A program made the translations under genes and the position numbers. The notes beneath the pieces are model-generated. The model was not told where the DNA came from. It was given only the letters and a program-made list of their open reading frames with translations, and ran no database searches. Positions 37,661-48,644 of a stretch of 64,000 bases of DNA are shown piece by piece; positions within the stretch are counted from its first letter, which is position 1, and each line of letters starts with the position of its first letter. Source of the stretch: Deltaproteobacteria bacterium. Lineage in GTDB: Bacteria; UBA10199; JACPAL01; GCA-016699445. The stretch spans positions 2,222,619 through 2,286,618 of the forward strand of contig CP064976.1 of the NCBI GenBank assembly GCA_016699445.1. The letters run 5' to 3'.

Positions 37661-39256
37661 TTAAAAATCATTAATTAATGTATCCTTTTTGAAATTTTCC
37701 GAAGTGTTTGGCAAATCCAAATTGTAATGAAGTCCACGACTTTCCTGACGAGAAAGAGCACAGCGAATGATTAAATCGGCAACTGTCGCAATATTACGGA
37801 GTTCGAGTAGATCGGCTGAAACTTTAAAATTCCAATAATAATCATTAATCTCCTTCATCAAAAGATCCAGTCGACTTCGTGCCCGGAGAAGGCGTTTGTT
37901 GGTGCGTACGATGCCTACATAGTTCCACATGGTACGACGAATCTCGTCCCAGTTTTGAGTGATCACAACATTTTCATCACTGTCGACAGCTTGGCCTGAA
38001 TTCCAATCAGGAATATTTTCAGAAAATGAGATATTTTTTATTTCTTTCGAAGTTTCTAAATAAGCTTGATGAGAAAACACAACGGCTTCGAGAAGGGAAT
38101 TGGATGCTAAGCGATTGGCTCCATGCAAACCTGTGCAGGCCACTTCTACCGCCGCATAAAGCCCCGGAATATTGGTTTGCGCTTTGAGATTGGTGACCAC
38201 ACCTCCACAAAAGTAATGAGCAGCAGGAACCACCGGAATAGGTTGGGTGGCGATGTCAATACCGTAGGACAAACAGTTTTGATAAATCGCCGGAAATCGT
38301 TCGCGGATAACAGCTGCTTTTTTATGAGTGAGATCGAGAAAAACACAATCCTGACCTGTGCGTTTCAGCTCCTGATCGATCGCGCGTGCGACCACATCAC
38401 GAGGGGCTAGATCGCGCATGGGATGATAGGATTCCATAAAGGCTTCACCGGTTTGAAGTCGGAGAATACCCCCTTCACCACGCATTGCTTCTGTGATTAA
38501 AAATGATTTTGCCTGGGGATGGTAAAGACAGGTGGGGTGAAATTGGACAAACTCCAGATTGGCCATCGTGGCTCCTGCACGAAAAGCCATAGCCATCCCA
38601 TCACCTGTGGCGATGTCGGGATTGGATGTGTATAAATAAACTTTTCCAGCACCACCGGTAGCCAAAAACGTGATTTTTGAGTGGAGTGTTTTAATAGCTC
38701 CCTGTTTTTCATCTAAAACGTAAGCACCCAAGCAGCGATTGTTTGCAGAATTTTTATCCAACTTTTTAGTCGTTATGAGATCGATGACAAAATGATGTTC
38801 CAGCATCTGAATGTTGGATGAGCGTCGGATGGCTTCCAGAAGGGCTCGTTCAATTTCAGCACCTGTTGTATCTCGACTATGAAGGACGCGGCTTTCACTA
38901 TGACCACCTTCACGGGTCAGATCAAAGGTGTTGGTTTGGTTTTTGGAAAACTCCACGCCCCACTGAATCAAGCTTTGGATGGCTTGAGGCCCTTCATTGA
39001 CCACAAGTTTAACGACATCTTCGTGACAGAGTCCATAACCAGCACTCAGAGTGTCTTGAATATGGGAATCTACGGAGTCTTTTGAATTTACTGAAGACAT
39101 CACGGCTGCGATGCCACCTTGAGCGTAGTTGGTGTTGGATTCTGCTTTTGATTTTTTGGTGACAATGGTCACAGATCCTTTTTGTGCGGCTTGAAGGGCA
39201 AAAGTAAGTCCTGCGATCCCAGAACCAATAACTAAATAGTCGGTAGAAATAGTCAT
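37661..39256 (-). CDS. nadB: L-aspartate oxidase
   Basis: Start at ATG 39256 ([20 protein letters not shown] fold); FVQFHPTCL motif; ORF-track N-extension lacks support. Confidence 0.85.
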   Translation of the reverse strand: MTISTDYLVIGSGIAGLTFALQAAQKGSVTIVTKKSKAESNTNYAQGGIAAVMSSVNSKDSVDSHIQDTLSAGYGLCHEDVVKLVVNEGPQAIQSLIQWGVEFSKNQTNTFDLTREGGHSESRVLHSRDTTGAEIERALLEAIRRSSNIQMLEHHFVIDLITTKKLDKNSANNRCLGAYVLDEKQGAIKTLHSKITFLATGGAGKVYLYTSNPDIATGDGMAMAFRAGATMANLEFVQFHPTCLYHPQAKSFLITEAMRGEGGILRLQTGEAFMESYHPMRDLAPRDVVARAIDQELKRTGQDCVFLDLTHKKAAVIRERFPAIYQNCLSYGIDIATQPIPVVPAAHYFCGGVVTNLKAQTNIPGLYAAVEVACTGLHGANRLASNSLLEAVVFSHQAYLETSKEIKNISFSENIPDWNSGQAVDSDENVVITQNWDEIRRTMWNYVGIVRTNKRLLRARSRLDLLMKEINDYYWNFKVSADLLELRNIATVADLIIRCALSRQESRGLHYNLDLPNTSENFKKDTLINDF

Positions 39257-39299
39257 AGATGTCTCTTTCAGAAAAAAGCTTGGGCTTTTCAATGAAAAC

Positions 39300-40082
39300 A
39301 TGCATAAAAAAAATATGTCATCCGATAATTCCAACTTGGGGGGTATCCCTCAGGGACTTCCTCCGGTCGTCGGGGGGAGAAGTTCTCCCCCTGATTCTAA
39401 GTCGAGATCCGGCTTAGCCGGGCTCGACGAAGAAATCGACGAAGTGAGCGAAGTTTCAGCTCACATGGTACGCCGTCGACGCCGTAAACCTCTGACCAAA
39501 GATCAGCTTTTAGGCATCGCCAACTATTTGACTTATGGGCGTATTGCGATGGTGCCTTTTGTCGTCGCTGTGATGATGATGATTAATGATTCCAGTCCCA
39601 AACTAGCTTTAATGAAAAGTCTGAGTTGGTTGGCCATGGGGCTTTTTTCCGTAGCTCAATTTTCAGATATTATTGATGGGTATTATGCACGCAAATATGG
39701 TGTCGTTAGTTCATTTGGAAAATTTATCGATCCTTTGGCTGATAAACTCATGTCGATGTCGATCATGATCATGTTGATTCCTATGGATCGTATGGCTGCA
39801 TGGATGGTCGCTCTATTGATAGCCAGGGAAGTTTCTATTACAGCTCTTCGAGGTGTGGCGGCATCAGAAGGTGTGGAGATTGCGGCTTCTGATTGGGGTA
39901 AGAAAAAGACTTTTATTCAGTCTTTCGCTATGGGAGCCTTGTTGATTCATTATCCTTTTTTAGGGGTGGATCCTCATCGAATCGGTGAGGTTTTGATGTG
40001 GATGACATTGGCTATTTCTTTAGGTTCTGGATTGCACTATATCCTCACTTTTTTTGCCGAAGTTTTGAGAAAGAACAAATAA
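39300..40082 (+). CDS. pgsA: CDP-alcohol phosphatidyltransferase (PgsA-like); N-terminal ~55 aa extension uncertain
   Basis: [27 protein letters not shown] = D-G-x2-A-R-x8-G-x3-D-x3-D motif. Confidence 0.75.
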   Translation: MHKKNMSSDNSNLGGIPQGLPPVVGGRSSPPDSKSRSGLAGLDEEIDEVSEVSAHMVRRRRRKPLTKDQLLGIANYLTYGRIAMVPFVVAVMMMINDSSPKLALMKSLSWLAMGLFSVAQFSDIIDGYYARKYGVVSSFGKFIDPLADKLMSMSIMIMLIPMDRMAAWMVALLIAREVSITALRGVAASEGVEIAASDWGKKKTFIQSFAMGALLIHYPFLGVDPHRIGEVLMWMTLAISLGSGLHYILTFFAEVLRKNK

Positions 40083-40118
40083 TCCTTCAGAAAATTTCAA
40101 ACAGATCCGTAAAGGGTT

Positions 40119-41039
40119 TTGGATAAGAAAATACGTTATTTTTTCAAAACACTTGGGGGATTTATGAGAAGTTTGAAAGTTATCACATCAATTTGTTTAT
40201 TAGGGATGTCTCAAATGGCTCTTGCGGCAACACTCGCTCCAGATAGGGGCACTGCAGGAGCACGCTCTTCGGGATATCAAAAACCCACAGATCTTTCGAT
40301 TCAGAAAACAGCCGACAAGCCTCTCGTGAATCGTGGAGAGGGTATCACTTTTAGTATTAAGGTGAAAAATGAAGGCCGAGAGAACGAAGCGCGAGATGTT
40401 GTGATCAACGACACTCTGACCCCAGATTTTACAAAAACAGCCGTTCATTGTCCTGATGGATCTGTCGATAACTCCAGTGGTAGTTTGGTGAGTTGCTTTA
40501 TTCGTTCATTACCTCCTCAGGAAACTGTGATTTTAACTATAGAAGCCAGAGCTGTGACCTGTACTGAAAAAACATGGAATACCGCCTCTGTCTGGAATCC
40601 CTATGATGATAACCCCTCAAATAACAGTTCAACCGTCAATCTTGCGACTTATTGCCCTCCTGAGACTCCACCAGAAAAAGATGCCCCAGTAAAAGAAGAT
40701 GTAGAAGGAACGACTTCTTCAACAAAAGGCACTACTTTCTCAACAGAAGGAACTTCTTCAAAAGGTTCTGCGTCTGAAGAACCACCTCTTCCAGCCTGCT
40801 ATGTGATTCATCCACCTTTGATCTCTGATAAAATGGATGTGAATACTGTTCATCGTAGGGATTGTTGCGAATCGCGATTTACGGTTTCTCCCGCTGATAC
40901 GGGTGAGACTTATAATGCTGTAGAATGTTGCATGGAAGGTTATGAATCTCCCGAGGCTTTGACATGTTGTACGGAAACTTCTCGTGCTGTCTCTACAAGT
41001 ACAAGTTATGTGAATCCTTTGGCTCATTGCTCTCGTTAG
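40119..41039 (+). CDS. Secreted protein with DUF11-like beta-sandwich domain and Cys-rich C-terminus
   Basis: Signal peptide MRSLKVITSICLLGMSQMALA; DLSIQKTADKPLVNRGEGITFSIKVKNEG segment; 14 Cys in last 120 aa. Confidence 0.5.
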   Translation: MDKKIRYFFKTLGGFMRSLKVITSICLLGMSQMALAATLAPDRGTAGARSSGYQKPTDLSIQKTADKPLVNRGEGITFSIKVKNEGRENEARDVVINDTLTPDFTKTAVHCPDGSVDNSSGSLVSCFIRSLPPQETVILTIEARAVTCTEKTWNTASVWNPYDDNPSNNSSTVNLATYCPPETPPEKDAPVKEDVEGTTSSTKGTTFSTEGTSSKGSASEEPPLPACYVIHPPLISDKMDVNTVHRRDCCESRFTVSPADTGETYNAVECCMEGYESPEALTCCTETSRAVSTSTSYVNPLAHCSR

Positions 41040-41060
41040 TTTTTTTAAACTGGCAAAAAA

Positions 41061-41088
41061 GGTGGAGAATGGTTCTCCACCTTTTTTT
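41061..41088 (+). terminator. Rho-independent terminator
   Basis: GGTGGAGAA-TGG-TTCTCCACC hairpin followed by TTTTTTT. Confidence 0.65.
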
Positions 41089-41156
41089 GTTTTTATTTTC
41101 ACTAGCATGAAGCAAAAGACTAGCTTAGGAGTTTCAAAACCAAACAAGGAGTCTTT

Positions 41157-41369
41157 ATGGCCGTAGCCCGTGTGACAGAAATTATTTCATCATCTAAAGA
41201 AAGTTGGGAAGATGCTGCTCGTCAAGGATTGAGCCGGGCTGCAAAGACTCTGAGAGGTATCACTGGCCTTGAGATCATCCGTCAGAATGCCAAAGTGGTG
41301 AATGGGCGTATTCAGGAGTATCGTGTTGAACTCCGCATCACTTTTGTCTTGGAAGATAATCAAAATTAA
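41157..41369 (+). CDS. Dodecin-family flavin-binding protein
   Basis: 70 aa; ARVTEIISSSKESWEDAARQGLSRAAKTLRGITGLEIIRQNAKVVNGRIQEYRVELRITFVLED matches dodecin pattern. Confidence 0.75.
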   Translation: MAVARVTEIISSSKESWEDAARQGLSRAAKTLRGITGLEIIRQNAKVVNGRIQEYRVELRITFVLEDNQN

Positions 41370-41455
41370 AAATATTTAATTTCCACTTCAGAAAATCCAA
41401 AATCCCTCCGTTATCTCCTTCATAACGCATTAAACAAACTTAAGAAGGGGATGGT

Positions 41456-43513
41456 ATGAAAAAACAACTATTTCGTTATAGTGGACTCTTGGCGACGAGC
41501 CTGGTTTCTGTGTTTATTTTAGGCACTGGTTTGGGAGCCGGTGGGTGTGGAGGCTCTTCGACAGGTAATGCTGGTGGTGGAGATACGGGTGGGACAACAA
41601 TCACCTTGAGTGGACAAGCCGCCGTTCGTGCTCAGGATGTTTCTGGACTTCGTCTCAGTGCGCTGACTCTTAAAAATAGTATCCTTGGATTCAGACCAAA
41701 ATTTGCAACGATCGGAGACACCGCTTTGGCTTCTGCCGATGTGACCCTGGTGAAAATTAATGCGGATGGTACCGAAGAAACAGTTTCTGGTGTGACGGCA
41801 ACAACAGATAGTGATGGAAATTATACCTTGTCTGATGTTCCTGTGACCGAGACAGGGAGTGGGGCCACGACAGATTTTTATTACGAAGTGAGAATTGATA
41901 ATGGAGATGGTTATATTGCCGCTCCAGTGGCTGCAGAAGCCGATGCCACCGTCAATGTTTCTCCGGAAACTAATCTTGCCGCTACGATGCTTATGGATGT
42001 CGCTCAAGCAGATGCTACAGGAGCCACCCATGTGGTTCCTTCGGAAAGCATAATTAATGATCTCCGTGAAGCCGCTTTAGATGAAGTGTCTGGAACCTTA
42101 GATGGCAAAGTCACTATTCCAGATGCAACAGATGCTGAGCAAACGGGGGAGATATTGAAAAAGCTGTGGAAGCCGTGGAAGCGGAAAAAAATTATTTAGC
42201 GCTTGAAAGCTCTACTGATGAAGCTGAAGTGGCTTCTTATTTGTCGAGTACAACTAAAGCAGCTTGTGATTATAGCTCCAATCTCATTTTGCCTCAGTCA
42301 GCAATGGAGACGATTGCGGGTCTTTTTGCTTCCGATACGACTGTGACAATGGCGGATTTAGTCGCAGCTTTTAATGCCAGCAATGGTTCTGATCCAGATG
42401 TGACCTCTGAGGCAGCGACCACGTCGTTGGATACGATGCTGGACAATCTTGATACCGCGCTTGTGGGTGATGCTCCTGTGGCAGATGCTGATAGTATTGC
42501 AGCTTTTGTCAAAAGAGATCTGACTTCTTCGACATTTGATAGTACCACCCCTTTAGAAATGGATCAGGCTTTGGCTTTTGTTCAGACCTTATTTCCGACT
42601 GATTGTAATAATAGTCATTTTCGATTTTATTACGTTTGCCAATGAGTTGGGTGGTAGTGAAGTGACAGCCAGTTCTGAAGTCATCGATGCTCAAATTTAT
42701 CACAACTCGATGGGATCTTGTCCAGGACAAGGACATCTTCAGGCCAATGTACGTGTTTATGCGGCTACTGGATTAACAACATCGGGTGTCGTTCTATCTG
42801 GTGGGACTTCTCCAGTGACATTATCAGCGGGTCCTGTGGTGGGGGATATTTCAACATGGACGATTACAGGAGATTCCTGCGTGACCTTACCTAGTGATGT
42901 CGATTACACCGTGACGGCGACTATGAGTAATGCCTCGACTGTGACGCTGAGTAAGACAGTGCCTCATCGCAGTGTCGATGAAGCCGCAATTAGTCTCGTA
43001 GCTGCGGATGGTACTGAGACGCCATTTTCGAGCAGCAGTCCTGTGTACAAAGTACCTGTGGCTCGTCCCACCTTTAAGTGGACTCCAGCACCAGGAACAC
43101 CCACAAGCGATTCTGTGAATGGAGATGTTCCAGAAAACACCAAGGTTAAGTTTATCTTTGAACTCGCTTACACCTTCAGTAGTGATTTTTTAGCGGGCCA
43201 CAGTGGCGCATCAGTTAGTCCTATTAATTACTGTGGTACAGGAGGCAGTGGTAATAAGTTGATGGATAAAAACTACTTCGTCTCTGATACGGATTGCGAT
43301 ATTGCAGCCTGTTTGGCCAGCATTCAAGAACATGCGACTGTATCTTTGAATACAGGAGATGTAAGCACCTCCGGCATTGAAACAACTGATATCGTCTGCC
43401 GCACGAACATCCAAACTTTCTTAGTGGATGATCTGGATAATATCATCGGTCAAGCTGCTGGAAATTTTCGTAACTACTGCGTGGATGCGGATGGAGATGA
43501 AGAATGTGATTAA
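41456..43513 (+). CDS. Large secreted lipoprotein (~685 aa) split over three ORFs by two frame disruptions (~42148, ~42590)
   Basis: Signal peptide + LGAGGC; ORFs 41456..42199, 42166..42645, 42578..43513 are serially overlapping; a G5 to G6 change joins ..AEQTGGDIEKAVEAVEAEKNY..; removing one T joins ..NNSHFDFITFANELGG.. Confidence 0.55.
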
Positions 43514-43538
43514 TTATTGATGACACATGAATTTAAAA

Positions 43539-43566
43539 GGGCCGGCAATTGCCGGCCCTTTTATTT
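43539..43566. terminator. Rho-independent terminator (likely bidirectional)
   Basis: GGGCCGGCAATTGCCGGCCC palindrome followed by TTTTATTT. Confidence 0.65.
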
Positions 43567-43630
43567 AAAACTCCCGGGCTCACCACAGGGCCCAGGAGTT
43601 TTGCGGTTTAACCGCTTTTAGGAGGGGGGG

Positions 43631-44314
43631 CTAATTAGTGGAATGATCGTGATCGGCTTCATTGAAAGCGTAGTAGGATCCATAAACATCCTGAAGCTCA
43701 GCCACGAGGTCTGTATCCAGAGTGTGAACGACTGTATTCATGCCATAATTAGGATTCATGATCGATCCAGCGATTGTCGTATGTTCTAAACCAAAGAAAT
43801 GTCCCATTTCATGAAGGAGATTCGTTTTGATATCATAGCGACCTTCGCGAACACGACAGTTAGACTCGCCAGCGGGGCAATTTAAAACGGCATAAGTTGC
43901 AGGATCTCTGAAAATTTCTATGTCGGATTCGATAATGGTGTTGCCGCTAAATTTGCGATAAGTCATTCCAAGGTGACCTTGAGTATCGCCTTCACGATTC
44001 CAGGAAATAACATTCTTTCCATCCCATTCTTTTTCAGCATCCGTACGACCACGGTATTCCACTAAGCTACGACCCACAGCTTCTTCCCAATCCTGAAAAG
44101 CTTCTTGGATCACAGGAACAAATTCATCGGGGACATTATTACTAATATAGTAAGGAACAGCTTCTTGCCCAACCCAGCTTTTTTGGAGCACAGCTTGTGT
44201 GTTGTTTTGTACATGAATTTCAACCGCATGATTTTCAATAGAGGATTGACCGCATCCGACCAAACTTCCCAAAACAACTGCTGTCATGATGATTTTTGAA
44301 AAACTATTTTTCAT
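43631..44314 (-). CDS. Matrixin-like (metzincin) zinc metalloprotease, lipoprotein
   Basis: HEMGHFFGLEHT (HExxHxxGxxH) plus Met-turn SIMNP; signal peptide with lipobox LVGC. Confidence 0.7.
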   Translation of the reverse strand: MKNSFSKIIMTAVVLGSLVGCGQSSIENHAVEIHVQNNTQAVLQKSWVGQEAVPYYISNNVPDEFVPVIQEAFQDWEEAVGRSLVEYRGRTDAEKEWDGKNVISWNREGDTQGHLGMTYRKFSGNTIIESDIEIFRDPATYAVLNCPAGESNCRVREGRYDIKTNLLHEMGHFFGLEHTTIAGSIMNPNYGMNTVVHTLDTDLVAELQDVYGSYYAFNEADHDHSTN

Positions 44315-44447
44315 CTCGTTCTCCCTAGGGCCTATAAGAGCAAGCAAGAGGCCAAAGAAAAAAGATGGTTAAGTTGATGAAATGATAGGGATTGATGCAG
44401 TGCGGCCAAGGTTAAAGCTGGGGTGAGAAATCCTCATAAAGAGTTGT

Positions 44448-44526
44448 GTTATGGCGAGCGAAGCGTGGCCATCTCCCGACCTTTATGAGATCACCACGTC
44501 GGCCTTCGGCCTCCTCGTGATGACAG
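44448..44526. repeat. Hairpin repeat, family B copy 2
   Basis: ..GGCGAGCGAAGCGTGGCCATCTCCCGAC..GAGATCACCACGTCGGCCTTCGGCCTCCTCGTGATGACAG; lies immediately 3' of efp. Confidence 0.7.
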
Positions 44527-44530
44527 AACA

Positions 44531-45091
44531 CTACTCAGCTCTTTCGACGTATTCGTTTGAGGATGTGTCGACTTTGACCTTATCTCCCACTTGGATAAAT
44601 TGAGGTACTTTTACTGTTAAGCCATTGTCCAGCACAGCTGGTTTGGCACTTCCAGAAGCGGTGGCACCCTTCATTGGAGGATCGGTGTCTTTGACTGTTA
44701 AAACCATCGTTCCAGGGAGCTCCACTCCGATCGGACGTTCTTCATAAAATTCGATCGATACTTTTGTATTGGGTTGAAGATAGTGAACGGCATTTCCCAG
44801 ATCTTCTTTGTTCATATGAATCTGTTCGTAGGTGGTAGAATCCATAAACACAAACTGCTCACCATCTTGATAAAGATATTCCATTTCCTTTTCAACAAAA
44901 GTGGCTTTTTCCACACTATCTTCTGCACGAAATCGATGTTCATTTTTTAGACCTGTGCGCATGCTGCGAAGCTGGGTCATGACTTTAGCGCGAAGATTTC
45001 CAGGAGTCAGATGGTCTACTTTAAGAACACGATAAAGCTCTCCATCAAGAACAAGAGCCATTCCGACACGAATTTTTGTTGCTGGTAACAT
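44531..45091 (-). CDS. efp: Elongation factor P
   Basis: 186 aa, full-length EF-P (KPGKG-type loop region, three beta-barrel domains). Confidence 0.9.
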   Translation of the reverse strand: MLPATKIRVGMALVLDGELYRVLKVDHLTPGNLRAKVMTQLRSMRTGLKNEHRFRAEDSVEKATFVEKEMEYLYQDGEQFVFMDSTTYEQIHMNKEDLGNAVHYLQPNTKVSIEFYEERPIGVELPGTMVLTVKDTDPPMKGATASGSAKPAVLDNGLTVKVPQFIQVGDKVKVDTSSNEYVERAE

Positions 45092-45148
45092 AATATCTCC
45101 CTGTGAATAAAATTGATTGCGCGCCTCTATCCATGATTATCCGAATTC

Positions 45149-46045
45149 ATGTCAAGATTTGTCATCCATATGACGCTGCTATTAGCCACTTTGTGTGTGA
45201 CATTGGTGTCTATCTGTGCAGGATTTGTCATCCCTCTATCACAGCTTAGATTCATCAACCCTAATCGTACGATGATGATGATTTCTAATGGTGATTTTTT
45301 CCCTGAAAAGAAATGGGTGTCGCTTTCGCATATTTCCAAAAGCTTACAGCAAACTGTCATCGCAGCAGAAGATGGACGTTTTTATGAGCATGAGGGTGTG
45401 GATTGGGAAGAGATGAGAAAGTCTTTTGAAAAAGACATGAAAAAGAAAAAGTTTTTGCGTGGTTCATCGACGATCACCATGCAATTGATGAAGAATCTCT
45501 ATCTCCCAAAACGAAAACTTTTACTGCGCAAAGCATTGGAAGTGGGGTTGGCTTTAAGTGTGGAAAAGATAGTCTCGAAAGAAAGACTTTTGGAAGTCTA
45601 TCTGAATGTGATCGAATGGGGCCCTGGTATTTATGGTGCCGAAGCGGCAGCTCAACATTATTTTAAAAAGTCAGCCGATCACATCAGTCACGACGAAGCT
45701 TTGTTTTTGGCAGCAATTATTCCCAATCCTGACAAATGGGGTGTGTGGCCGCCGTCTCGCTATGTGAAAAAAAGGGAATCTCTTATTGGGATGCGTTTGG
45801 GTCTTGTGGCTTCGAAAAAAACTCAGAACGTTGTGAAGACGAAGGAAGTTCACCCCCAGCCATTACCCGATTCGCCAGTGTCTGTTTCTCCAGCCCCAAT
45901 ACCATCAGCTGGTCCTGTTGACGCTGATACGGACGAAGAGTCAGACTCGTTACCACCAGAACAATCAGAAGCCACAACGGGTACAGCCACAGACTCTCAG
46001 CCACCAGTGACCAATCCAGAAATAAAAGAGAACTCGTCACAATAG
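45149..46045 (+). CDS. mtgA: Monofunctional peptidoglycan glycosyltransferase (GT51) with Pro-rich C-terminal tail
   Basis: AAEDGRFYEHEGVDWEEMRKS and RGSSTITMQL transglycosylase motifs; 3' ~260 nt overlaps an opposite-strand ORF. Confidence 0.75.
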   Translation: MSRFVIHMTLLLATLCVTLVSICAGFVIPLSQLRFINPNRTMMMISNGDFFPEKKWVSLSHISKSLQQTVIAAEDGRFYEHEGVDWEEMRKSFEKDMKKKKFLRGSSTITMQLMKNLYLPKRKLLLRKALEVGLALSVEKIVSKERLLEVYLNVIEWGPGIYGAEAAAQHYFKKSADHISHDEALFLAAIIPNPDKWGVWPPSRYVKKRESLIGMRLGLVASKKTQNVVKTKEVHPQPLPDSPVSVSPAPIPSAGPVDADTDEESDSLPPEQSEATTGTATDSQPPVTNPEIKENSSQ

Positions 46046-46736
46046 TCGGCAATCCAATCGAAAACGTTATCAATCGACCTGTTTGAACAAAGCTCAATGG
46101 GCTTTGGAGAATTTTGAAAATAATCCACAAAGGCAGCGCCAAAAATGGAATGAGAGGAAAAAGCGAAAACCAAAATGATGGGAAGATGACTAAGACGCTC
46201 AAAGCAAAAAGCTTGAGAAGAAAGCCTTCTTTATCCGTCTTCAGATAGTTAACAAGTTGGTCCGCCGATAGGTGAAATTTTGGAAAGAGAAAGTAGGGAA
46301 GGGGTTGAGCTGGTTTGCTTTCATCATATTTCACAAAAGCAGCATTTTTAGACAAGAGAAGCCCCAGAGAAGATCCCGTCAGTTTTGTCTGTTCACTTGT
46401 ATCAACGATGACGGGAAAACCTGTAAGATCAAAATGAATGGGTTGAGGAATGTCTTTGAGTTCGAGTGTTTTCTTATCGAGCGAAATATCAAAGTGAGGC
46501 GCCACTCGTTCGATCATAGACAAGGTATTATCATAGTGAGTCCAGACAATGACTAAAGCGATCAAGCTGACAATAAACCCTTGCAGAAAGGTAAAATAGA
46601 GAAAAAACTTAAAAGACGTGGGTTTAGGGTCATGAGCGACCTCCCTGAAATAGAGGGGGTCAAAGGATGTGTTAAAGACCAAATTTAGAAAAGAAAACAC
46701 GAGAGGTAGTGTATAGAAGCAATCGAGATTTGACAA
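45783..46736 (-). CDS. Hypothetical integral membrane protein (extent uncertain at 3' end)
   Basis: Multiple hydrophobic helices; C-terminal ~85 aa overlap mtgA on the other strand and may be non-coding. Confidence 0.4.
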   Translation of the reverse strand: MSNLDCFYTLPLVFSFLNLVFNTSFDPLYFREVAHDPKPTSFKFFLYFTFLQGFIVSLIALVIVWTHYDNTLSMIERVAPHFDISLDKKTLELKDIPQPIHFDLTGFPVIVDTSEQTKLTGSSLGLLLSKNAAFVKYDESKPAQPLPYFLFPKFHLSADQLVNYLKTDKEGFLLKLFALSVLVIFPSFWFSLFPLIPFLALPLWIIFKILQSPLSFVQTGRLITFSIGLPTIVTSSLLFLDWSLVAESLWLYPLWLLIVLVVTSLTLRPYQRQQDQLMVLGLEKQTLANRVMAGGELPSSSQRSEFFSKPQDPNASQ

Positions 46737-46779
46737 AACAAAATCTTATGCTATTGGCGGCAGACTTTTTTAGACTTAC

Positions 46780-46851
46780 GCGGGAGTAGCTCAGTGGTAG
46801 AGCGCCACCTTGCCAAGGTGGATGTCGCGGGTTCAAATCCCGTCTCCCGCT
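46780..46851 (+). tRNA. tRNA-Gly (anticodon GCC)
   Basis: Cloverleaf: acceptor GCGGGAG/CTCCCGC, D-arm GCTC..GAGC, anticodon loop TTGCCAA, T-arm GCGGG-TTCAAAT-CCCGT; no encoded CCA. Confidence 0.85.
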
Positions 46852-46989
46852 TTTTCTTTTTGCCTCACCGTCCGATTTTTGGACACTTTTCATTCTCAAA
46901 AAATCTTAAAATACTGAAATTACCTAGTTTCTCTCTTGGCTTGTCTCTTGCTCAAGTCCTCACCCATGTTTTCTTTCAAAATAAAGAAA

Positions 46990-47022
46990 TTGACGATAGT
47001 AACTTATAAGTTACACTAGGAG
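46990..47022 (+). promoter_or_regulatory. Putative promoter/operator of the HigB-HigA-like operon
   Basis: TTGACG, 16-nt spacer containing perfect palindrome GTAACTTATAAGTTAC, TACACT, then AGGAGG RBS. Confidence 0.35.
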
Positions 47023-47355
47023 GTGAGCGTGATATTTGAGCTTAAATGTTATCAAGAAGGCGGTCAGATTCCTTTTTCAGAATGGTTGGATGAATTGGAT
47101 GCTAGGACAGCAGGTCGTATTAGAGCTTATACTGAAAGAATGAGGAGTGAAAATTTTGGCGATACGAAAAATGTTGGACGTGGAGTTCTAGAGCTGAAGC
47201 TTAATTTTGGTCCAGGATATCGAGTATACTATCTGCGTGACGGTGTGTCGGTTGTATTGCTTTTGTGTGGTGGTGATAAAGGTTCGCAAGAGAAAGACAT
47301 TCAACAAGCTCATAACTTTGCTCAAAATTATTGGAGGCAACGTGAAAAAAAATAA
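47023..47355 (+). CDS. HigB/Gp49-type addiction-module toxin (RelE/ParE superfamily)
   Basis: 110 aa; ..GRGVLELKLNFGPGYRVYYLRDGVSVVLLLCGGDKGSQEKDIQQA.. matches phage Gp49/HigB pattern. Confidence 0.7.
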   Translation: MSVIFELKCYQEGGQIPFSEWLDELDARTAGRIRAYTERMRSENFGDTKNVGRGVLELKLNFGPGYRVYYLRDGVSVVLLLCGGDKGSQEKDIQQAHNFAQNYWRQREKK

Positions 47356-47671
47356 TCTACCATATGTTTCTTATGAAGAAGAGCAGATTCGTGAATTTCG
47401 TGAAGATCCTGAACGAGCGATGGAATATCTAAATGCTTGTGTTGAGGTGGCGTTTGAAGAAAACGAGCCTGAGTTAGTTTTGAATGCCTTAGCTGTTATT
47501 GCAAAAGCCTATGGTATTACAAAGTTGGCGAAAAAGACCCATATTCAAAGAGAAAGTATTCATCGCATGTTTTCCAAAGGGGGTAACCCAGAATGGAAAA
47601 GTATTTTTAAAATGTTTAGGGCTTTAAAAATAAGAATGAAGCTTGAGTTTTTAAACCCATTAGTTGTTTGA
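47342..47671 (+). CDS. HigA-type addiction-module antidote protein (HTH)
   Basis: GTG start overlapping toxin stop; FREDPERAMEYLNACVE...LALNALAVIAKAYGITKLAKKTHIQRESIHRMFSKGGNPEWKSIFKMFRALKIRMK matches antidote family. Confidence 0.7.
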   Translation: MKKNNLPYVSYEEEQIREFREDPERAMEYLNACVEVAFEENEPELVLNALAVIAKAYGITKLAKKTHIQRESIHRMFSKGGNPEWKSIFKMFRALKIRMKLEFLNPLVV

Positions 47672-47719
47672 AAAAATCTAAAACCTTGCACTCTTCAAAT
47701 CACTGACTAAATTGCACCT

Positions 47720-48643
47720 ATGACTAAAGACTATTATAAAATTCTTGAAGTAGAGCGTAGTGCTTCTCAGGACGATATTAAAAAAAGTTTTCGCAAACTC
47801 GCCAAAAAATACCATCCTGACGTCAACAAAGGGAATAAAAAGGCTGAAGAAAAGTTTAAGGAAGTTACCGAAGCTCATGAAGTTTTGGGAGATGCCGATA
47901 AGCGGAAAAAATATGATCAGTTTGGTTCGGCTGATTTTTCTGGTTTTGGAGGGGGAGGCGGGACCGGACCAGGTTATGCCCATCGAGCTTATTCATGGAA
48001 TAATCAGCAAGGTGCTCAGAATGGGGCTGATTTTAATATTGGGGATATTTTTGGAGATTTGTTTGGTGGAGCCGGTGGAGGCTTTAGTACAGGCCGCACG
48101 TCTCGATCACGAAAGGGAACTCCATTTTCAGACTACATGCAAGAAGCTCAAGAAGATGTAGAGACGTCCATTGAAATTGCTTTTGAAGAATCCATCAAGG
48201 GTGGCACGCGTCGTTTGACTTTGCAGCGTGGGGGTCGTGAAGAGAAGATTGATGTGAAAATTCCGGCGGGTATTCGTGATGGTGGTAAAATCAGAATTCC
48301 TGGAAAAGGAAATGGTGGAGATCTTTACATTAAAGTACGTGTGGCCCCACATCAGCTTTTTACCCGAGAGGACGACGATTTATTTGAAGAAGTGCCGATC
48401 ACATTTACTCAAGCGATTTTAGGCGACACGATGAAAGTCCCGACACTTGATGGAGCGATTAATCTAAAAATCCCTCCGCATACCTCTTCTGGAAAGAAGT
48501 TTCGCATTCCCGAAAAAGGAGCTCCTCATTTAGGGCAAGCAGGTCGTGGAGATCTGTTTGTGATTGCTCACGTCTACATCCCTGAAAAATTAGATGAAGA
48601 AGATATTGAAGCTATTCGAAAAATTCATAAGAAAATTTCGTAA
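47720..48643 (+). CDS. J-domain co-chaperone without zinc finger (CbpA-like)
   Basis: J-domain [36 protein letters not shown]-rich linker, DnaJ C-terminal domains; no CxxCxG repeats. Confidence 0.8.
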   Translation: MTKDYYKILEVERSASQDDIKKSFRKLAKKYHPDVNKGNKKAEEKFKEVTEAHEVLGDADKRKKYDQFGSADFSGFGGGGGTGPGYAHRAYSWNNQQGAQNGADFNIGDIFGDLFGGAGGGFSTGRTSRSRKGTPFSDYMQEAQEDVETSIEIAFEESIKGGTRRLTLQRGGREEKIDVKIPAGIRDGGKIRIPGKGNGGDLYIKVRVAPHQLFTREDDDLFEEVPITFTQAILGDTMKVPTLDGAINLKIPPHTSSGKKFRIPEKGAPHLGQAGRGDLFVIAHVYIPEKLDEEDIEAIRKIHKKIS

Positions 48644-48644
48644 A

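Noticed and set aside
39257-39334. N-terminal extension of NadB (ORF-track start at 39334)
   Set aside because: The FAD-binding fold begins at the internal Met ([13 protein letters not shown]) at 39256; upstream residues are not part of L-aspartate oxidase
46852-47022. Integrase or attachment-site repeat downstream of tRNA-Gly
   Set aside because: No integrase ORF and no copy of the tRNA 3' end were found in the window; an island boundary remains only a possibility
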